This document shows, piece by piece, positions 42,951-53,409 of a stretch of DNA of 64,000 nucleotides. The stretch spans positions 704,001-768,000 of the forward strand of contig OY820905.2 of NCBI GenBank assembly GCA_963555755.3. Direction: 5' to 3'. Within the stretch, counting starts at the first letter, position 1, and each line of letters opens with the position of its first letter. Source of the stretch: Nitrospirales bacterium (GTDB taxonomy: Bacteria; Nitrospirota; Nitrospiria; Nitrospirales; UBA8639). The notes under the pieces were generated by a model. It had not been told where the DNA came from and ran no database searches. It saw nothing but the letters and a program-made list of their open reading frames with translations. The translations under genes and the position numbers were made by a program.

Positions 42951-43961
42951 ATGAAAAATCCCAACACACCTACACACAACAAGACCCTACCGGACGAGGA
43001 TGATGCGATTGATGTCCAGTTTTCTTCAGACGACAGTGACTCCGCATTTCCCAAGAATGCACCGCACCTAGAACCTGGTGAAAAGGCCTCCTCTCCCAGC
43101 GATAGTTCGCTTGTTCCCAGCACAGCGTTACACCGGTATTTAGCTGAAATCCGACGATATCCGTTTTTGTCCAAAGAAGAAGAGATTCAGCTTTTTCACG
43201 AATATCAACACAAGGGCAACCGGGAAGCAGCCGTCAAACTTATTCTGGCCAATTTACGACTATCCGTGTCCATCGCCTCGGAATATGCCCACACCGGGGC
43301 GGATCAGATGGATTTGATCCAAGAAGGCAATGTGGGGCTCATGCAGGCCATTAAAAAGTTTGATGTGACCAGGAATGTACGCTTTTATGCGTATGCCGCT
43401 TGGTGGGTCCGAGCGTTTATATTAAGATATCTCTTGAATACGCACCGGTTGGTGAAAATTGGAACAACCCAGGAGCAACGTAAGCTCTTTTACAATTTAA
43501 AAAAAGAAAAGGCCAAACTGGAACGTTTGGGCTTCGTCCCCGATGCCAAGCTCCTCGCCGATCGGCTTCAGGTTCGCGAGCGAGATGTGGTGGAAATGGA
43601 CCAACGGCTCGGGGGAAGGGAATTATCCCTGGACCAGCCCATAAACAGCGAAGAAGGCGACAGCACCTTTCTCGATCTCCTTCCGGCCCAAACCCAGGCC
43701 ATCGATGACACCTTGGCGGAGAACCAGCTTCGACTCTTGTTTCGGAGAAAACTCGGAGAGTTTGCCAAAACACTTAATGAACGCGAAGAGGACATTCTGA
43801 GAAATCGACTTCTGTCCGAGAACCCCCTGACCCTTGAGGAATTAGGGAAAAAGTATTCAATTACCAAGGAGCGTTCACGGCAACTGGAAGCGAAAATCAT
43901 CAAAAAATTACGAGAGTTCATGAAGGCTGAGGTGAAAGATTTCGATGAAATTCGCCTGTAA
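42951..43961 (+). CDS. rpoH: RNA polymerase sigma-32 factor
   Basis: DLIQEGNVGLM and the RpoH box QRKLFYNLK; next to groESL. Confidence 0.88.
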   Translation: MKNPNTPTHNKTLPDEDDAIDVQFSSDDSDSAFPKNAPHLEPGEKASSPSDSSLVPSTALHRYLAEIRRYPFLSKEEEIQLFHEYQHKGNREAAVKLILANLRLSVSIASEYAHTGADQMDLIQEGNVGLMQAIKKFDVTRNVRFYAYAAWWVRAFILRYLLNTHRLVKIGTTQEQRKLFYNLKKEKAKLERLGFVPDAKLLADRLQVRERDVVEMDQRLGGRELSLDQPINSEEGDSTFLDLLPAQTQAIDDTLAENQLRLLFRRKLGEFAKTLNEREEDILRNRLLSENPLTLEELGKKYSITKERSRQLEAKIIKKLREFMKAEVKDFDEIRL

Positions 43962-44025
43962 GACAGACCTGTAACCCAGAAGGCCGTAATGATAATGAGG
44001 AGGCCCCAAAACTTGAAAGGATTGA

Positions 44026-45037
44026 TATGCCTTCCCATTTAACTAAGGTTGCTTCAGTTTATTGAATCCCAAGGGTTTTGAGCTGCTGGTCAGGATTTTC
44101 AACAAACTCTGGAAGGTACTCATTGGAGTCTCACGGCGGTTATAGCGAAAGACAAACTCATCAAGATAGTGTTGCAGGTATTTTGAATCCACTCCATGGT
44201 GAATCCCGTTCAGCCAGGTCTGCAGATTGCCGAACGCTCTATGGATGTGTGGAGCGTGCTTCCCAGCACTTGCTGGGTCACCCTGGGTCCGTCTCAGGTG
44301 TTCGTATCCTGCCAAGGCTTTTGCCGAGTATCCCTTCCAACCATCGGACTTGATCTTACTGCCCTCAGCGACATGGCTATTGAGGAATGCTTTGATCTCG
44401 TTCTCTCCAGCGTCTTGAAGAATCGCTAATCGTAAACGCCCTGCTTTCTCTCGAAAGTGATCCCCTTGTGTGTACGTGACAATTTCTACGGCTCCGGCTA
44501 TTAACGTCTTGGTTTTCGCTTTCGCGACGCCACGGCCCGTTTTGCCTTTTACCGGTCCACCGATATGGGTTTCATCGGCTTCAACTGTTCCTGCGAGCCG
44601 TTCACGGTTCTGTCGTACCATTCCTCGTCGCAATCTGTGGAGCAAATACCAGGCGCTATCCACCTTCTTGATACTGAGTTGACGCTGCAATTGCACAGCA
44701 CTGATGCCAGGTGTGTGCGTGGAGACGAAATAGGCAGCCCAAAACCAAAGCCGTAGCGGCAAGTGCGATCTATGCATCACTGTGCCGCTTAGCGGTGATG
44801 TCTGTCTATGACACGACGAACACTCAAACCGGAAATATTTTTTGAGCCACCAACCACCGCGATGACCGCAAGCTGGACACATAAACCCGTCTGGCCACCG
44901 AATCGCCCGCAAGTACTCGAAGCACGCTTCTTCGGTGTGGAACCTAACAGAAAAATCCAAGATATCAGCAGCATACCCTGTGTCCATAGTCCAGCAGACT
45001 AGTCTAGGGACTAACCTTAGTCAAATGGGAAGGCATA
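44026..45037 (-). mobile_element. IS1595-family element, apparently intact
   Basis: IRs TATGCCTTCCCATTT; 8-bp TSD AGGATTGA at 44018-44025 and 45038-45045. Confidence 0.93.
44043..44987 (-). CDS. IS1595 transposase
   Basis: Zn ribbon CPAC..CSSC, VEADET, SDG, YLDEFVFRYNRR. Confidence 0.93.
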   Translation of the reverse strand: MDTGYAADILDFSVRFHTEEACFEYLRAIRWPDGFMCPACGHRGGWWLKKYFRFECSSCHRQTSPLSGTVMHRSHLPLRLWFWAAYFVSTHTPGISAVQLQRQLSIKKVDSAWYLLHRLRRGMVRQNRERLAGTVEADETHIGGPVKGKTGRGVAKAKTKTLIAGAVEIVTYTQGDHFREKAGRLRLAILQDAGENEIKAFLNSHVAEGSKIKSDGWKGYSAKALAGYEHLRRTQGDPASAGKHAPHIHRAFGNLQTWLNGIHHGVDSKYLQHYLDEFVFRYNRRETPMSTFQSLLKILTSSSKPLGFNKLKQP

Positions 45038-45072
45038 AGGATTGAAAAAGAAGAATTTTTCTCCTGAAAGAC

Positions 45073-45100
45073 CTTGACTTTGGACAACCCGGATATATCT
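45073..45100 (+). promoter_or_regulatory. Possible sigma32-type promoter for groES
   Basis: CTTGAC...ATATATCT upstream of groES; loose match only. Confidence 0.3.
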
Positions 45101-45204
45101 AGTCTAAGGACATGCATTGAATTGAATGGATTTTCATGATTACCACGACATTTGTGACCTTTACAATCAGGTCATTGGTGAACCAAAGGAGGCAGTAATC
45201 GATT

Positions 45205-45537
45205 ATGGCTACGCAAACCAAGGAAAAGGAAAAAAAAGAGAACAAAGAAGAGAGCAAAGGGACCGCTGCTAAAGGGTTTCTTCCATTAGGCGACCGGGTT
45301 TTTGTGACCTATACTGAAGAGTTAGAACGCACGGCGGGTGGCATCTATGTTCCTGACTCAGCGCGGGAAAAACCCCAACGTGGAACCGTCGAGGGAGCAG
45401 GAAAAGATGTTCAAAACCTGAAGGTTGGAGATCAAGTACTGTTCGATAAATATTCCGGGACAAAAATAAAAATTGAGAATGATGATTGCCTGATTCTTCG
45501 CGAAGAAGACATACTGGGCGTCTTTGTTGACGATTAA
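45205..45537 (+). CDS. groES: Co-chaperonin GroES
   Basis: PLGDRV, TAGGIYVPDSAREKP, KYSGT. Confidence 0.95.
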   Translation: MATQTKEKEKKENKEESKGTAAKGFLPLGDRVFVTYTEELERTAGGIYVPDSAREKPQRGTVEGAGKDVQNLKVGDQVLFDKYSGTKIKIENDDCLILREEDILGVFVDD

Positions 45538-45622
45538 GTCTACATTCGTCAATCACCCAGTTCTGACTTACATGAATATCTAGAATTTGAAGTTACACTT
45601 TAAAGTTTGATGGAGGAAGATT

Positions 45623-47278
45623 ATGCCGAAACAGTTACTATATGGTGATCAAGCCCGGGCTGCGATTCTCCAGGGTGTGAACCAATTGGCCAATGCAGTG
45701 AAAGCGACGTTGGGCCCGAAAGGCCGGAACGCCATTTTAGACAAGAAGTTTGGTGCACCCACGATCACCAAAGACGGTGTGACCGTGGCGAAAGAAATTG
45801 AACTGTCAGACCCCTACCAAAACATGGGTGCCCAACTCGTGAAAGAGGTAGCCAGCAAAACCAGTGATGTGGCTGGTGACGGAACCACCACGGCTACCGT
45901 GTTGGCCCAAGCTATTTACCGCGAAGGGGTGAGGAACATCAGCGCCGGCGCCAATCCAATGGAATTGAAGCGCGGGATTGATAAAGCCGTTGAAGTAGTC
46001 ATTGAAGAGTTGAAGAAAATCAGCAAGCCCTGCCATTCCAAGAAAGAAATCGGCCAAATCGGTTCTATTTCTGCCAACAATGACCCCACCATTGGCGATC
46101 TCATTGCCGAAGCCATGGACAAAGTTGGAAAAGATGGCGTGATCACTGTGGAAGAGGCCAAATCCATGTCCACCTCCTTGGACGTAGTTGAGGGTATGCA
46201 ATTCGACCGGGGTTACATTTCCCCCTACTTCGTCACAAATGCCGAACGCATGGAAGCTGTCCTGGAAGATGCCTTCATGTTGATCAACGAGAAAAAAATC
46301 AGTGCCATGAAAGATTTACTCCCCATTCTGGAGCAAGTCGCCAAAATGGGCAAACCCTTGGTGATTCTCGCTGAAGATGTAGAAGGCGAAGCCTTGGCAA
46401 CCCTCGTGGTCAACAAGCTTCGGGGAACCTTAAATATCTCCGCCGTGAAAGCCCCAGGCTTCGGTGATCGCCGCAAGGCCATGCTCGAAGACATTGCCAT
46501 TCTCACCGGAGGTCAAGTCATTTCAGAAGAAGTCGGTCTGAAATTAGAGAATGTGAAACTCACCGATCTTGGCCGTGCCAAACGCATCACCATCGACAAA
46601 GACAACACCACAATCGTGGAAGGTGCTGGAGATCCCAAGAAGATCGAAGGCCGCGTGAAGCAAATTAAAGCTCAAATTGAAGAAACCACTTCTGAGTATG
46701 ATGGCGAAAAGCTCCAAGAGCGGTTGGCAAAAATCGTAGGTGGTGTGGCTGTGATTAACGTAGGTGCCGCAACGGAAACTGAAATGAAGGAAAAGAAAGC
46801 CCGCGTCGAGGACGCCCTTCATGCGACAAAAGCCGCTGTTGAAGAAGGGATTGTCCCTGGAGGCGGCGTGGCTTTTCTCCGAGCCCTTCCAGCTTTGGAC
46901 AAATTGAAATTAGAGGGCGATCAACAATTCGGTGTGAATATTATCCGTCGCGCCCTCGAAGAACCAATTCGGTTGATTGTAGAAAATGCCGGTGTCGAAG
47001 GTTCCATTGTCGTGGATAAAGTGAAACACGATAAGACGAACCGAGGATACAATGCCGCCGTTGGTGAATACGTCGATATGGTGGAATCCGGTGTGATTGA
47101 TCCAACCAAAGTCACCCGTTGCGCATTACAAAATGCCGCGAGTGTCTCAGGGTTAATGTTGACCACCGAGGTAACCATCACCGATCTTCCAGAAGACAAA
47201 AAAGATGGCGGCATGGGCGGCCATGACCACGGTATGGGTGGCATGGGCGGTATGGGTGGCATGGGCGGAATGATGTAA
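45623..47278 (+). CDS. groEL: Chaperonin GroEL
   Basis: [14 protein letters not shown] and a GGM tail. Confidence 0.98.
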   Translation: MPKQLLYGDQARAAILQGVNQLANAVKATLGPKGRNAILDKKFGAPTITKDGVTVAKEIELSDPYQNMGAQLVKEVASKTSDVAGDGTTTATVLAQAIYREGVRNISAGANPMELKRGIDKAVEVVIEELKKISKPCHSKKEIGQIGSISANNDPTIGDLIAEAMDKVGKDGVITVEEAKSMSTSLDVVEGMQFDRGYISPYFVTNAERMEAVLEDAFMLINEKKISAMKDLLPILEQVAKMGKPLVILAEDVEGEALATLVVNKLRGTLNISAVKAPGFGDRRKAMLEDIAILTGGQVISEEVGLKLENVKLTDLGRAKRITIDKDNTTIVEGAGDPKKIEGRVKQIKAQIEETTSEYDGEKLQERLAKIVGGVAVINVGAATETEMKEKKARVEDALHATKAAVEEGIVPGGGVAFLRALPALDKLKLEGDQQFGVNIIRRALEEPIRLIVENAGVEGSIVVDKVKHDKTNRGYNAAVGEYVDMVESGVIDPTKVTRCALQNAASVSGLMLTTEVTITDLPEDKKDGGMGGHDHGMGGMGGMGGMGGMM

Positions 47279-47308
47279 TTTTCGTCTAATCGAAAGTAGG
47301 TTATTGTC

Positions 47309-47352
47309 CGAAGGCCCGAGGAAGAATATCTCCTCGGGCCTTCGTGTTTATT
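47309..47352 (+). terminator. Intrinsic terminator after groEL
   Basis: CGAAGGCCCGAGGA / TCCTCGGGCCTTCG stem followed by a T-rich tract. Confidence 0.75.
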
Positions 47353-47460
47353 GTCAAATCCATCCCTTTGAGAACTTTCCCATTCCATTTCCTCGCCTGA
47401 TGAACAGCTTCTGTGTTATATACGAACAATCGAACACACTGAAGCATAACACCGATTTTT

Positions 47461-47599
47461 TGTAACTACTCAGGTATTTAGGCTGAAGGCTGAAGGCTAA
47501 AGACTGAAGGCTATCACTCATAATGCTTAACGTTTTGTATGATCACGCATGATTGCCCCCTAAAAGCCTTCGGCCTTCAGTCTATCCACCTGAGTTACG
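47461..47599. mobile_element. MITE family F, inverted orientation
   Basis: 6-bp direct repeat ATTTTT. Confidence 0.8.
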
Positions 47600-47621
47600 A
47601 TTTTTTTACTGAAAGGACACC

Positions 47622-48017
47622 GTGATGAAGCAGTATATGATTGGATTCCTGATGATTGGTTTAATGTGTGGCACCCTGCTGCTGGGACACACATCTACGT
47701 CCTTTGCAGCCCCTCAGACAGAATCCATGTGCACCATCGGTATGGTCAAGGGAGAGAAAGGTCGAACTTGTGAAGTACCTATTCCTGATGGCTGTACTAC
47801 CGCGAAGGTACCAGGCTATGATCAACTTTGGGCGGATATTTCTAAAGGTGGGGCAACCACATGCCAATTTGATACACAAAAAACTGATTGGGCCACCATC
47901 ATCACTGGATCCTGTGGACCCTGTACAACTGATAACTGCTCAGCACAATTCAGCGTGAAATTCAATTGTTCAGGTAGCACGGGGGGATACAAGCCTCAAT
48001 CTCGAAAAACCCATTAA
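47622..48017 (+). CDS. Small secreted Cys-rich hypothetical protein
   Basis: AAGGA RBS, signal peptide ending SFA, 8 Cys in the mature part. Confidence 0.7.
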   Translation: MMKQYMIGFLMIGLMCGTLLLGHTSTSFAAPQTESMCTIGMVKGEKGRTCEVPIPDGCTTAKVPGYDQLWADISKGGATTCQFDTQKTDWATIITGSCGPCTTDNCSAQFSVKFNCSGSTGGYKPQSRKTH

Positions 48018-48046
48018 ACCTAGAAACAGCAATTGGATCACAAGCC

Positions 48047-49066
48047 GTGCCATCTTTATCAGAGTCTATAAAACAGGCTGCCAACGCGCTTGGATTTGAT
48101 GCCGTGGGCATTGCCTGCCTGGATCCCTTAGATTCACAGTCCCTTCCCCCCAGCACCCACGCAAATTCGTCCTCTCCCACCTCGCTCCTTCAATACCTCC
48201 AGGAGTGGCTCTCAATGGGGTATCACGGAACCATGCAATGGATGGCCAAAGACCCCGAGCGTCGGGCTGATCCACGAAACATTTTACCAGGGTGCAAATC
48301 CATTATCTGTGTCGGCATGAACTACTGGACCGACATCCAGCCAGAAGAGGGACCAGGTTTCGGCAGGATTGCGCGCTACGCCTGGGGAAAAGACTACCAT
48401 CAACTTTTGATAAAGCGCCTAAAAAATCTCGAACAATCAATTTTGGGATTCGCCCCGGAATCCACCACTCGTAGTTACGTCGATACCGGCCCGATCATGG
48501 AAAAGGTTTGGGCGCAACGAGCTGGCTTGGGATGGATCGGGAAACACTCGAATCTGGTGTCACCCACCCTTGGATCGTGGCTACTGTTGGGAGAAATTTT
48601 AACGACGCTAGAGTTAGAACCAGACGAACCTGGCAGTGATCTCTGCGGGACCTGCACGCTGTGCATTCGAGCCTGTCCCACTCAGGCAATTACCGAACCC
48701 TATATCGTTGATGCCACGAAATGCATATCGTATTTGACCATCGAATACCGTGACGACCTGAATTCTATCCCCCAAGAACTTCGCTCACAAATGGGCAATC
48801 GAATCTTTGGCTGCGATGACTGCCTGGACGCCTGCCCATACAACGTCTACGCCTCACCAACCAAAGAAACAGCTTTTTTCCCAACCCCACTCACACGAAG
48901 CCCGAAACTCAATCAACTCTCACAGATGAACGAAGAATCTTTTGCGAACACCTTTCAGGGCAGTCCCATTCGCCGACCAAAACATTCCGGGTTTCAACGC
49001 AATATCCAAGTGGCCCTATCCAACGATATAGGGACTGATCAAAAAGGCCGTCCAGCAAGGCCGTAA
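48047..49066 (+). CDS. queG: tRNA epoxyqueuosine reductase
   Basis: ARYAWGKDYH, VDTGP, CGTCTLCIRACP, FGCDDC. Confidence 0.93.
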   Translation: MPSLSESIKQAANALGFDAVGIACLDPLDSQSLPPSTHANSSSPTSLLQYLQEWLSMGYHGTMQWMAKDPERRADPRNILPGCKSIICVGMNYWTDIQPEEGPGFGRIARYAWGKDYHQLLIKRLKNLEQSILGFAPESTTRSYVDTGPIMEKVWAQRAGLGWIGKHSNLVSPTLGSWLLLGEILTTLELEPDEPGSDLCGTCTLCIRACPTQAITEPYIVDATKCISYLTIEYRDDLNSIPQELRSQMGNRIFGCDDCLDACPYNVYASPTKETAFFPTPLTRSPKLNQLSQMNEESFANTFQGSPIRRPKHSGFQRNIQVALSNDIGTDQKGRPARP

Positions 49067-49152
49067 GCAGCGAAGAGAGCGAGGCGTCGGGATGAGTACC
49101 TTGAGCCCTCCGAGCAATGAGAACGCAGCTGGCGGTCTTTTTCAACAGTCCC
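49031..49152. mobile_element. MITE family A variant overlapping the queG 3' end
   Basis: GGGACTG...CAGTCCC with ATA on both sides. Confidence 0.75.
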
Positions 49153-49173
49153 ATACAACCAGCTCAAAAAATT

Positions 49174-51609
49174 CTAACGCAGCTCAACAATCGTCACCCC
49201 ATCCCCACCCTCTCCCTGCATACCCGGTCGATACGACTCGACATAAGGGGAATGTGATAAATATTGTCGTGTCGCAATTTTCAGTTTGCCCGTTCCATGG
49301 CCATGAATGACATGCAGCGATTTGGCAACCGTGAGCGCAGCTTCATCGAGACGTGAGGCCAGACATTCCAGAGCCTCTTCCACGGTTTGCCCACGAACGT
49401 CAATCGTCAACAACCCAGAAGGTGATGGGGACGTGCGATTCTGTTCGGCAAATCCTTTTCCTGTTTTTTTATTGGGAGAAGCATGAGTGGCCGACAAAGA
49501 ATTTGACGGTATATCGCCCCCTTGACTTCTCCCGATGAGAAGCTCAACGGCAACCGACAGCTCTGAATCCCCTACCTGAAGACGAACTCGCTTCTTTCCT
49601 TGAGGGTTTTCAAGCAACGTTCCAGATGTGCCTAAATGGGAGATTTCGACCAAGGCGCCGACCCCTAAGGAATCGAGAGGAATCGTCTGACTGTCATCTT
49701 GGGTATTTCGAATCAATTCCCCTTCAATAGCACTCACGCGTTGTTTGGCTTCTTTCGCTTTTACCAGAGACTTGTCCTGCTTCAAGGCATCAAGTGTTTG
49801 CCGGATTTCCGTTCGAGCCCGAGCGAGATCCTCTTTGAACTTCTTTTTGACTTTGCGCAATTCCTCACGCTCCGTCGTGCGGAGACGATCAACACGCTCT
49901 TGTATTTCGGCTGCAGCGCTCTCAGCCGTGTGTCGATGTGTTTCGGCATCTTCGAGTTCTTGACGAAGCCGATGGTGCATAGCCTGTAGGTCTGAAAAGA
50001 TATGATCCAATTGGCGGTCCTGTTGATGCACAATATTCGCCGCCTGTTTGAGAATGCCTGGATCCATGCCTAGGCGACCCGCAATATCCAACGCAGAAGA
50101 ACCTCCGGGCACTCCCTGAATAAGCCGATAGGTTGGCGTCAGAGTCGCCACATCAAACTCGAGGCTCGCATTGAGAAATCCAGGAGTCGAGAGAGCTAAC
50201 GTCTTCAAGGAATTGTAATGAGTCGTCACCACAACCTTAAAACCCAACTGAGCAAAGTGGATGAGCACCGCCTCGGCCAACGCCGCGCCCTCTGCAGGAT
50301 CGGTCGAACTGATCACTTCATCGAGTAACACTAAAATGGGACCGGAAGTACCTGAAGATCGAGAATGCCCGATGTCCAACAGTTCGACTATTTTGGTCAG
50401 GTGCGCGGAAAAGCTGGACAGATCCTTGGCCAAATCCTGAGTATCCCCAATATCCGCATACGTTTCCCCAAAAAACCCCATCTCCGATCCTTGACCACAG
50501 GGAAGATGCAGCCCGGCTCGAACCATGAGACTGTACAGACCGAGAACTTTCAGATTGACGGTTTTCCCACCCGTATTCGGACCGGAAATCACCAAAATAT
50601 TTTGATCTTTTTCAAAAAAGATGTCATTGGGAATCACGGTGCTGCGAGCAAGCAGCAATAAAGGATGCCGTGCCTTGGACAAACGAATATGCCCATCCTC
50701 CGATAGTTGCACAGGATGCGCCTGCAGACGTTGGCTCAAACGCGCCTTCGCCCCAATGCTGTCCAAAATCGTGAGCACCTTCAGATACTGTTGAATAGCC
50801 GGGATATGCTCAACAATCATCGAACTCAGTTCAGCAAGGATTCGATGAATTTCTCGAGCCACCGCCAGTTCCCCGACCTTGATACGATTATTGAGTTCAA
50901 TCAATTCCCGAGGCTCCAGAAAGACCGTTAAGCCGCTGGAAGACACATCGTGAACAATACCGTCCACTTGATGCTGCATATCAACCTTGATCGGGAGCAC
51001 ATACCGATTCTCTCGTTGGGCAAAGTAGGGTTCCTGCAAGGCGTCGCGATAAGACGACGAGGTCAACATGGATTCCAAGCGTTGCCGCATTCTCAACTTT
51101 AATCCCTGAGCTTCCTGAATCGCGTCATACAACGCGGAGGAGGCACGATCCAAAATCTCTCCCTCCGGGCTGATGCATTGATCAATGTCGGACCGCAGAG
51201 GAGAAAGATCATCAAGATGCTCAATATGGGCGAAGACATGCGGGGCAAGTTCCTTCTGCGCTTTGAGGCAGCGCTGCACACTGACAATGAGGGCCATAGC
51301 ATTGGCCATGCGCCGCAACTCTTGTGCATCCAACACCGCACCTTTTTCAGCACGAATAAGCGCACTCCCACTATCGTGAAACGTCAAAACCGGAAACGGA
51401 AGAGTCCCCTCGGACAGAGCAATCATTTCCGATGTCTCATGAATACAGCCCTGAGCAGAAGAACAACTTTCTGCCAACGGAATAGATCGACAGTAGTCCG
51501 CGCCAAGGGAGGAATGAGCTTGAGAGGCCAAAAGCTCAAGCAGTCTGGGCCACTCTAACGCCTGCTGTGTTTGTTGGAATAAGGTTTCGTGGGACATAAA
51601 AAGTGGCAA
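49174..51609 (-). CDS. mutS2: Endonuclease MutS2
   Basis: SGPNTGGKT, ADIGD, SSFSAH, VTTHY and an Smr domain (IHGHGTG). Confidence 0.95.
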   Translation of the reverse strand: MPLFMSHETLFQQTQQALEWPRLLELLASQAHSSLGADYCRSIPLAESCSSAQGCIHETSEMIALSEGTLPFPVLTFHDSGSALIRAEKGAVLDAQELRRMANAMALIVSVQRCLKAQKELAPHVFAHIEHLDDLSPLRSDIDQCISPEGEILDRASSALYDAIQEAQGLKLRMRQRLESMLTSSSYRDALQEPYFAQRENRYVLPIKVDMQHQVDGIVHDVSSSGLTVFLEPRELIELNNRIKVGELAVAREIHRILAELSSMIVEHIPAIQQYLKVLTILDSIGAKARLSQRLQAHPVQLSEDGHIRLSKARHPLLLLARSTVIPNDIFFEKDQNILVISGPNTGGKTVNLKVLGLYSLMVRAGLHLPCGQGSEMGFFGETYADIGDTQDLAKDLSSFSAHLTKIVELLDIGHSRSSGTSGPILVLLDEVISSTDPAEGAALAEAVLIHFAQLGFKVVVTTHYNSLKTLALSTPGFLNASLEFDVATLTPTYRLIQGVPGGSSALDIAGRLGMDPGILKQAANIVHQQDRQLDHIFSDLQAMHHRLRQELEDAETHRHTAESAAAEIQERVDRLRTTEREELRKVKKKFKEDLARARTEIRQTLDALKQDKSLVKAKEAKQRVSAIEGELIRNTQDDSQTIPLDSLGVGALVEISHLGTSGTLLENPQGKKRVRLQVGDSELSVAVELLIGRSQGGDIPSNSLSATHASPNKKTGKGFAEQNRTSPSPSGLLTIDVRGQTVEEALECLASRLDEAALTVAKSLHVIHGHGTGKLKIATRQYLSHSPYVESYRPGMQGEGGDGVTIVELR

Positions 51610-51825
51610 TACGTTTGATGAGAATCGGTGTTTCTTCAGTAGATCCGGAACCAGATATCATCAATTGGCTTTGACAAATCTACAGGAAGAATAGCGAAGT
51701 CTTGCCCGAAACGGAAGCGAAGAGAAAAGATGAGATGTGGAAAAATAATTACATTTCGTGATTCACCAGTACTCGGCACGGGGTAACCCTTAAGATCTAC
51801 CCTGAGTCAGGTCGTAGGGATCCTC

Positions 51826-51855
51826 TTGACAGTGAACATTTGTTCACCGTATCCT
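51826..51855 (+). promoter_or_regulatory. Sigma70 promoter with an embedded GAAC-N4-GTTC (LexA-type) palindrome
   Basis: TTGACA-GTGAACATTTGTTCAC-CG-TATCCT. Confidence 0.7.
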
Positions 51856-51864
51856 TAAGCCCTC

Positions 51865-51933
51865 ATGGATTCCCGCTCGCATTTCCCGGCCATTGTCGCG
51901 TTCTATCGTACGCACCGGCGCATGCCTACCTAA
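51865..51933 (+). pseudogene. N-terminal fragment of a LexA-like repressor
   Basis: MDSRSHFPAIVAFYRTHRRMPT* resembles the start of the LexA DNA-binding domain (..G.PPT/MPSY). Confidence 0.6.
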
Positions 51934-52133
51934 TCAGGCCTGAGTATGGCCCGACTCATGGAAGAAAAAGCGTTTGTTGCTTATTACTTTGACCCCGGTT
52001 CCTGCAGTTCGCGTAGCGTCGATGGCTATTTCTGGGACGAAATCCCAAGCAATGCTTGAAAAGCCGCCCTGCCTGCAAAGTGCCAACTCCCTCAACCGGA
52101 GCAAAAGTAATAAGCATCAAGCGTTTTATGAGA

Positions 52134-52424
52134 TTACGCCGCTGTTCGTCTGACTCGAACGTCGACGACCAAGCCAGCATGGGTAAGCATTCCAATGAGG
52201 GTATCCACACTAAAGAGTCCAATTTTCCCTCGGATTAAGTCACTGACTCTGGGCTGAGTGACTCCCAGGCGTGGGGCGGCTTCCTTTTGGGTGAGTTTAT
52301 TCGTTCGAATATATTTTCCCACCTCGGTCATGAGCATGGCGCGTACTTTTAAATTTCCGGCTTCTTCAGCTTCAAATCCGACATCTTGGAAGACATTCCG
52401 TTGTGATTTACTTTTTGGTGCCAT
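52134..52424 (-). CDS. HigA-like XRE antitoxin
   Basis: NVFQDVG, LTQKEAA..LGVTQPRVSDL.RGK..FS.D. Confidence 0.88.
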   Translation of the reverse strand: MAPKSKSQRNVFQDVGFEAEEAGNLKVRAMLMTEVGKYIRTNKLTQKEAAPRLGVTQPRVSDLIRGKIGLFSVDTLIGMLTHAGLVVDVRVRRTAA

Positions 52425-52746
52425 GACTTTTTCTCCTGATTAATGTCTGCAGTCGATCGCGCGCGACTGTGATATCATTTTGCCGTGTTTTCATGGTTTT
52501 CTTTTGAAACACGTGTAACACATACACCGCGTCTTTGAATGTCGCCACATAGATCACCCGATAGGCATTTTGGGTTTGAACACGGATTTCTTGAACACCT
52601 GATCCCACGCTCGGCAGGGGCTTCCAGTCCGATGGGTCAAGACCATTTTGGACTCGATAGAGCTGATAGCCGATCTCGGCCCGGGCCGTAGTCGGAAAAG
52701 ACCGCACCTCTTTACGGGCCGTGCCTAACCATTCAACAGATTTCAT
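52408..52746 (-). CDS. HigB/RelE (Gp49-like) toxin
   Basis: GYQLYRVQ.G..P.DWKP, GVQEIR, VLHVFQKKT. The toxin lies upstream of the antitoxin. Confidence 0.88.
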   Translation of the reverse strand: MKSVEWLGTARKEVRSFPTTARAEIGYQLYRVQNGLDPSDWKPLPSVGSGVQEIRVQTQNAYRVIYVATFKDAVYVLHVFQKKTMKTRQNDITVARDRLQTLIRRKSHGTKK

Positions 52747-53022
52747 TTTTTAAATTATACAAGAATTTGTATATTCGTCAATGGCTAGGGCTGATAAGGC
52801 GCGTCAAACAATAAGGTGTCAGAAACCATTTCCCCACCTTGTGCCCTCCGTGGGATTGACGGGTTTACCCGAGAGAGGGCCGGAGAATACTTGCACACCA
52901 TTGCTCTTCACAAACTAATCCGACAGCGTCACGGGGTCCCGGATGTGTATGAGTTTGATGCGGACCCCAATTCTCCTTTCAATCAAGGTGAAGGGGATGT
53001 CAATAAATCTTTGTAGATTCGC

Positions 53023-53391
53023 CTGTTGGGCACCGTGGAAGCCGGCATCCCCTCGGCGGCGGAAGAGGTCCACCTCGAAACGATCAATTGGGAGGAACAC
53101 CTCATCCGCAACCCGCAGGCCACCTACCTGCTCCGCGTGCAAGGGGAGTCAATGATTGAGGCCGGGATTCTTCCCGGCGATGCCGTCCTGGTGGAGCGAC
53201 GGAAAGAGGCCAAGACGGGGGACATCGTGATGGCAGAAGTCGAGGGCGACTGGACGATGAAGGTATTCCGCAAGCGGGGACGGCGAGTCTTTCTGGAACC
53301 CGCGAACCAACATTTTCCGACGATTGTTCCAAAGCAGCACCTGCGCATTGCCGCCGTGGTCATCGCGGTGATACGCACCTATCCCACCTAA
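53023..53391 (+). pseudogene. C-terminal S24 peptidase domain of a LexA/UmuD-like protein
   Basis: LGTVEAGIPS cleavage loop, VQGESM (Ser) and TMK (Lys). No convincing start of its own. Confidence 0.8.
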
Positions 53392-53409
53392 CCCCCGGGT
53401 GCCCAAACG

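Noticed and set aside
47205..47275. GGCATG tandem repeats
   Set aside because: Ordinary GroEL Gly-Gly-Met tail.
52800..53020. Possible gene fragment between higB and the S24 domain
   Set aside because: Contains a stop and has no recognisable family; cannot be supported.
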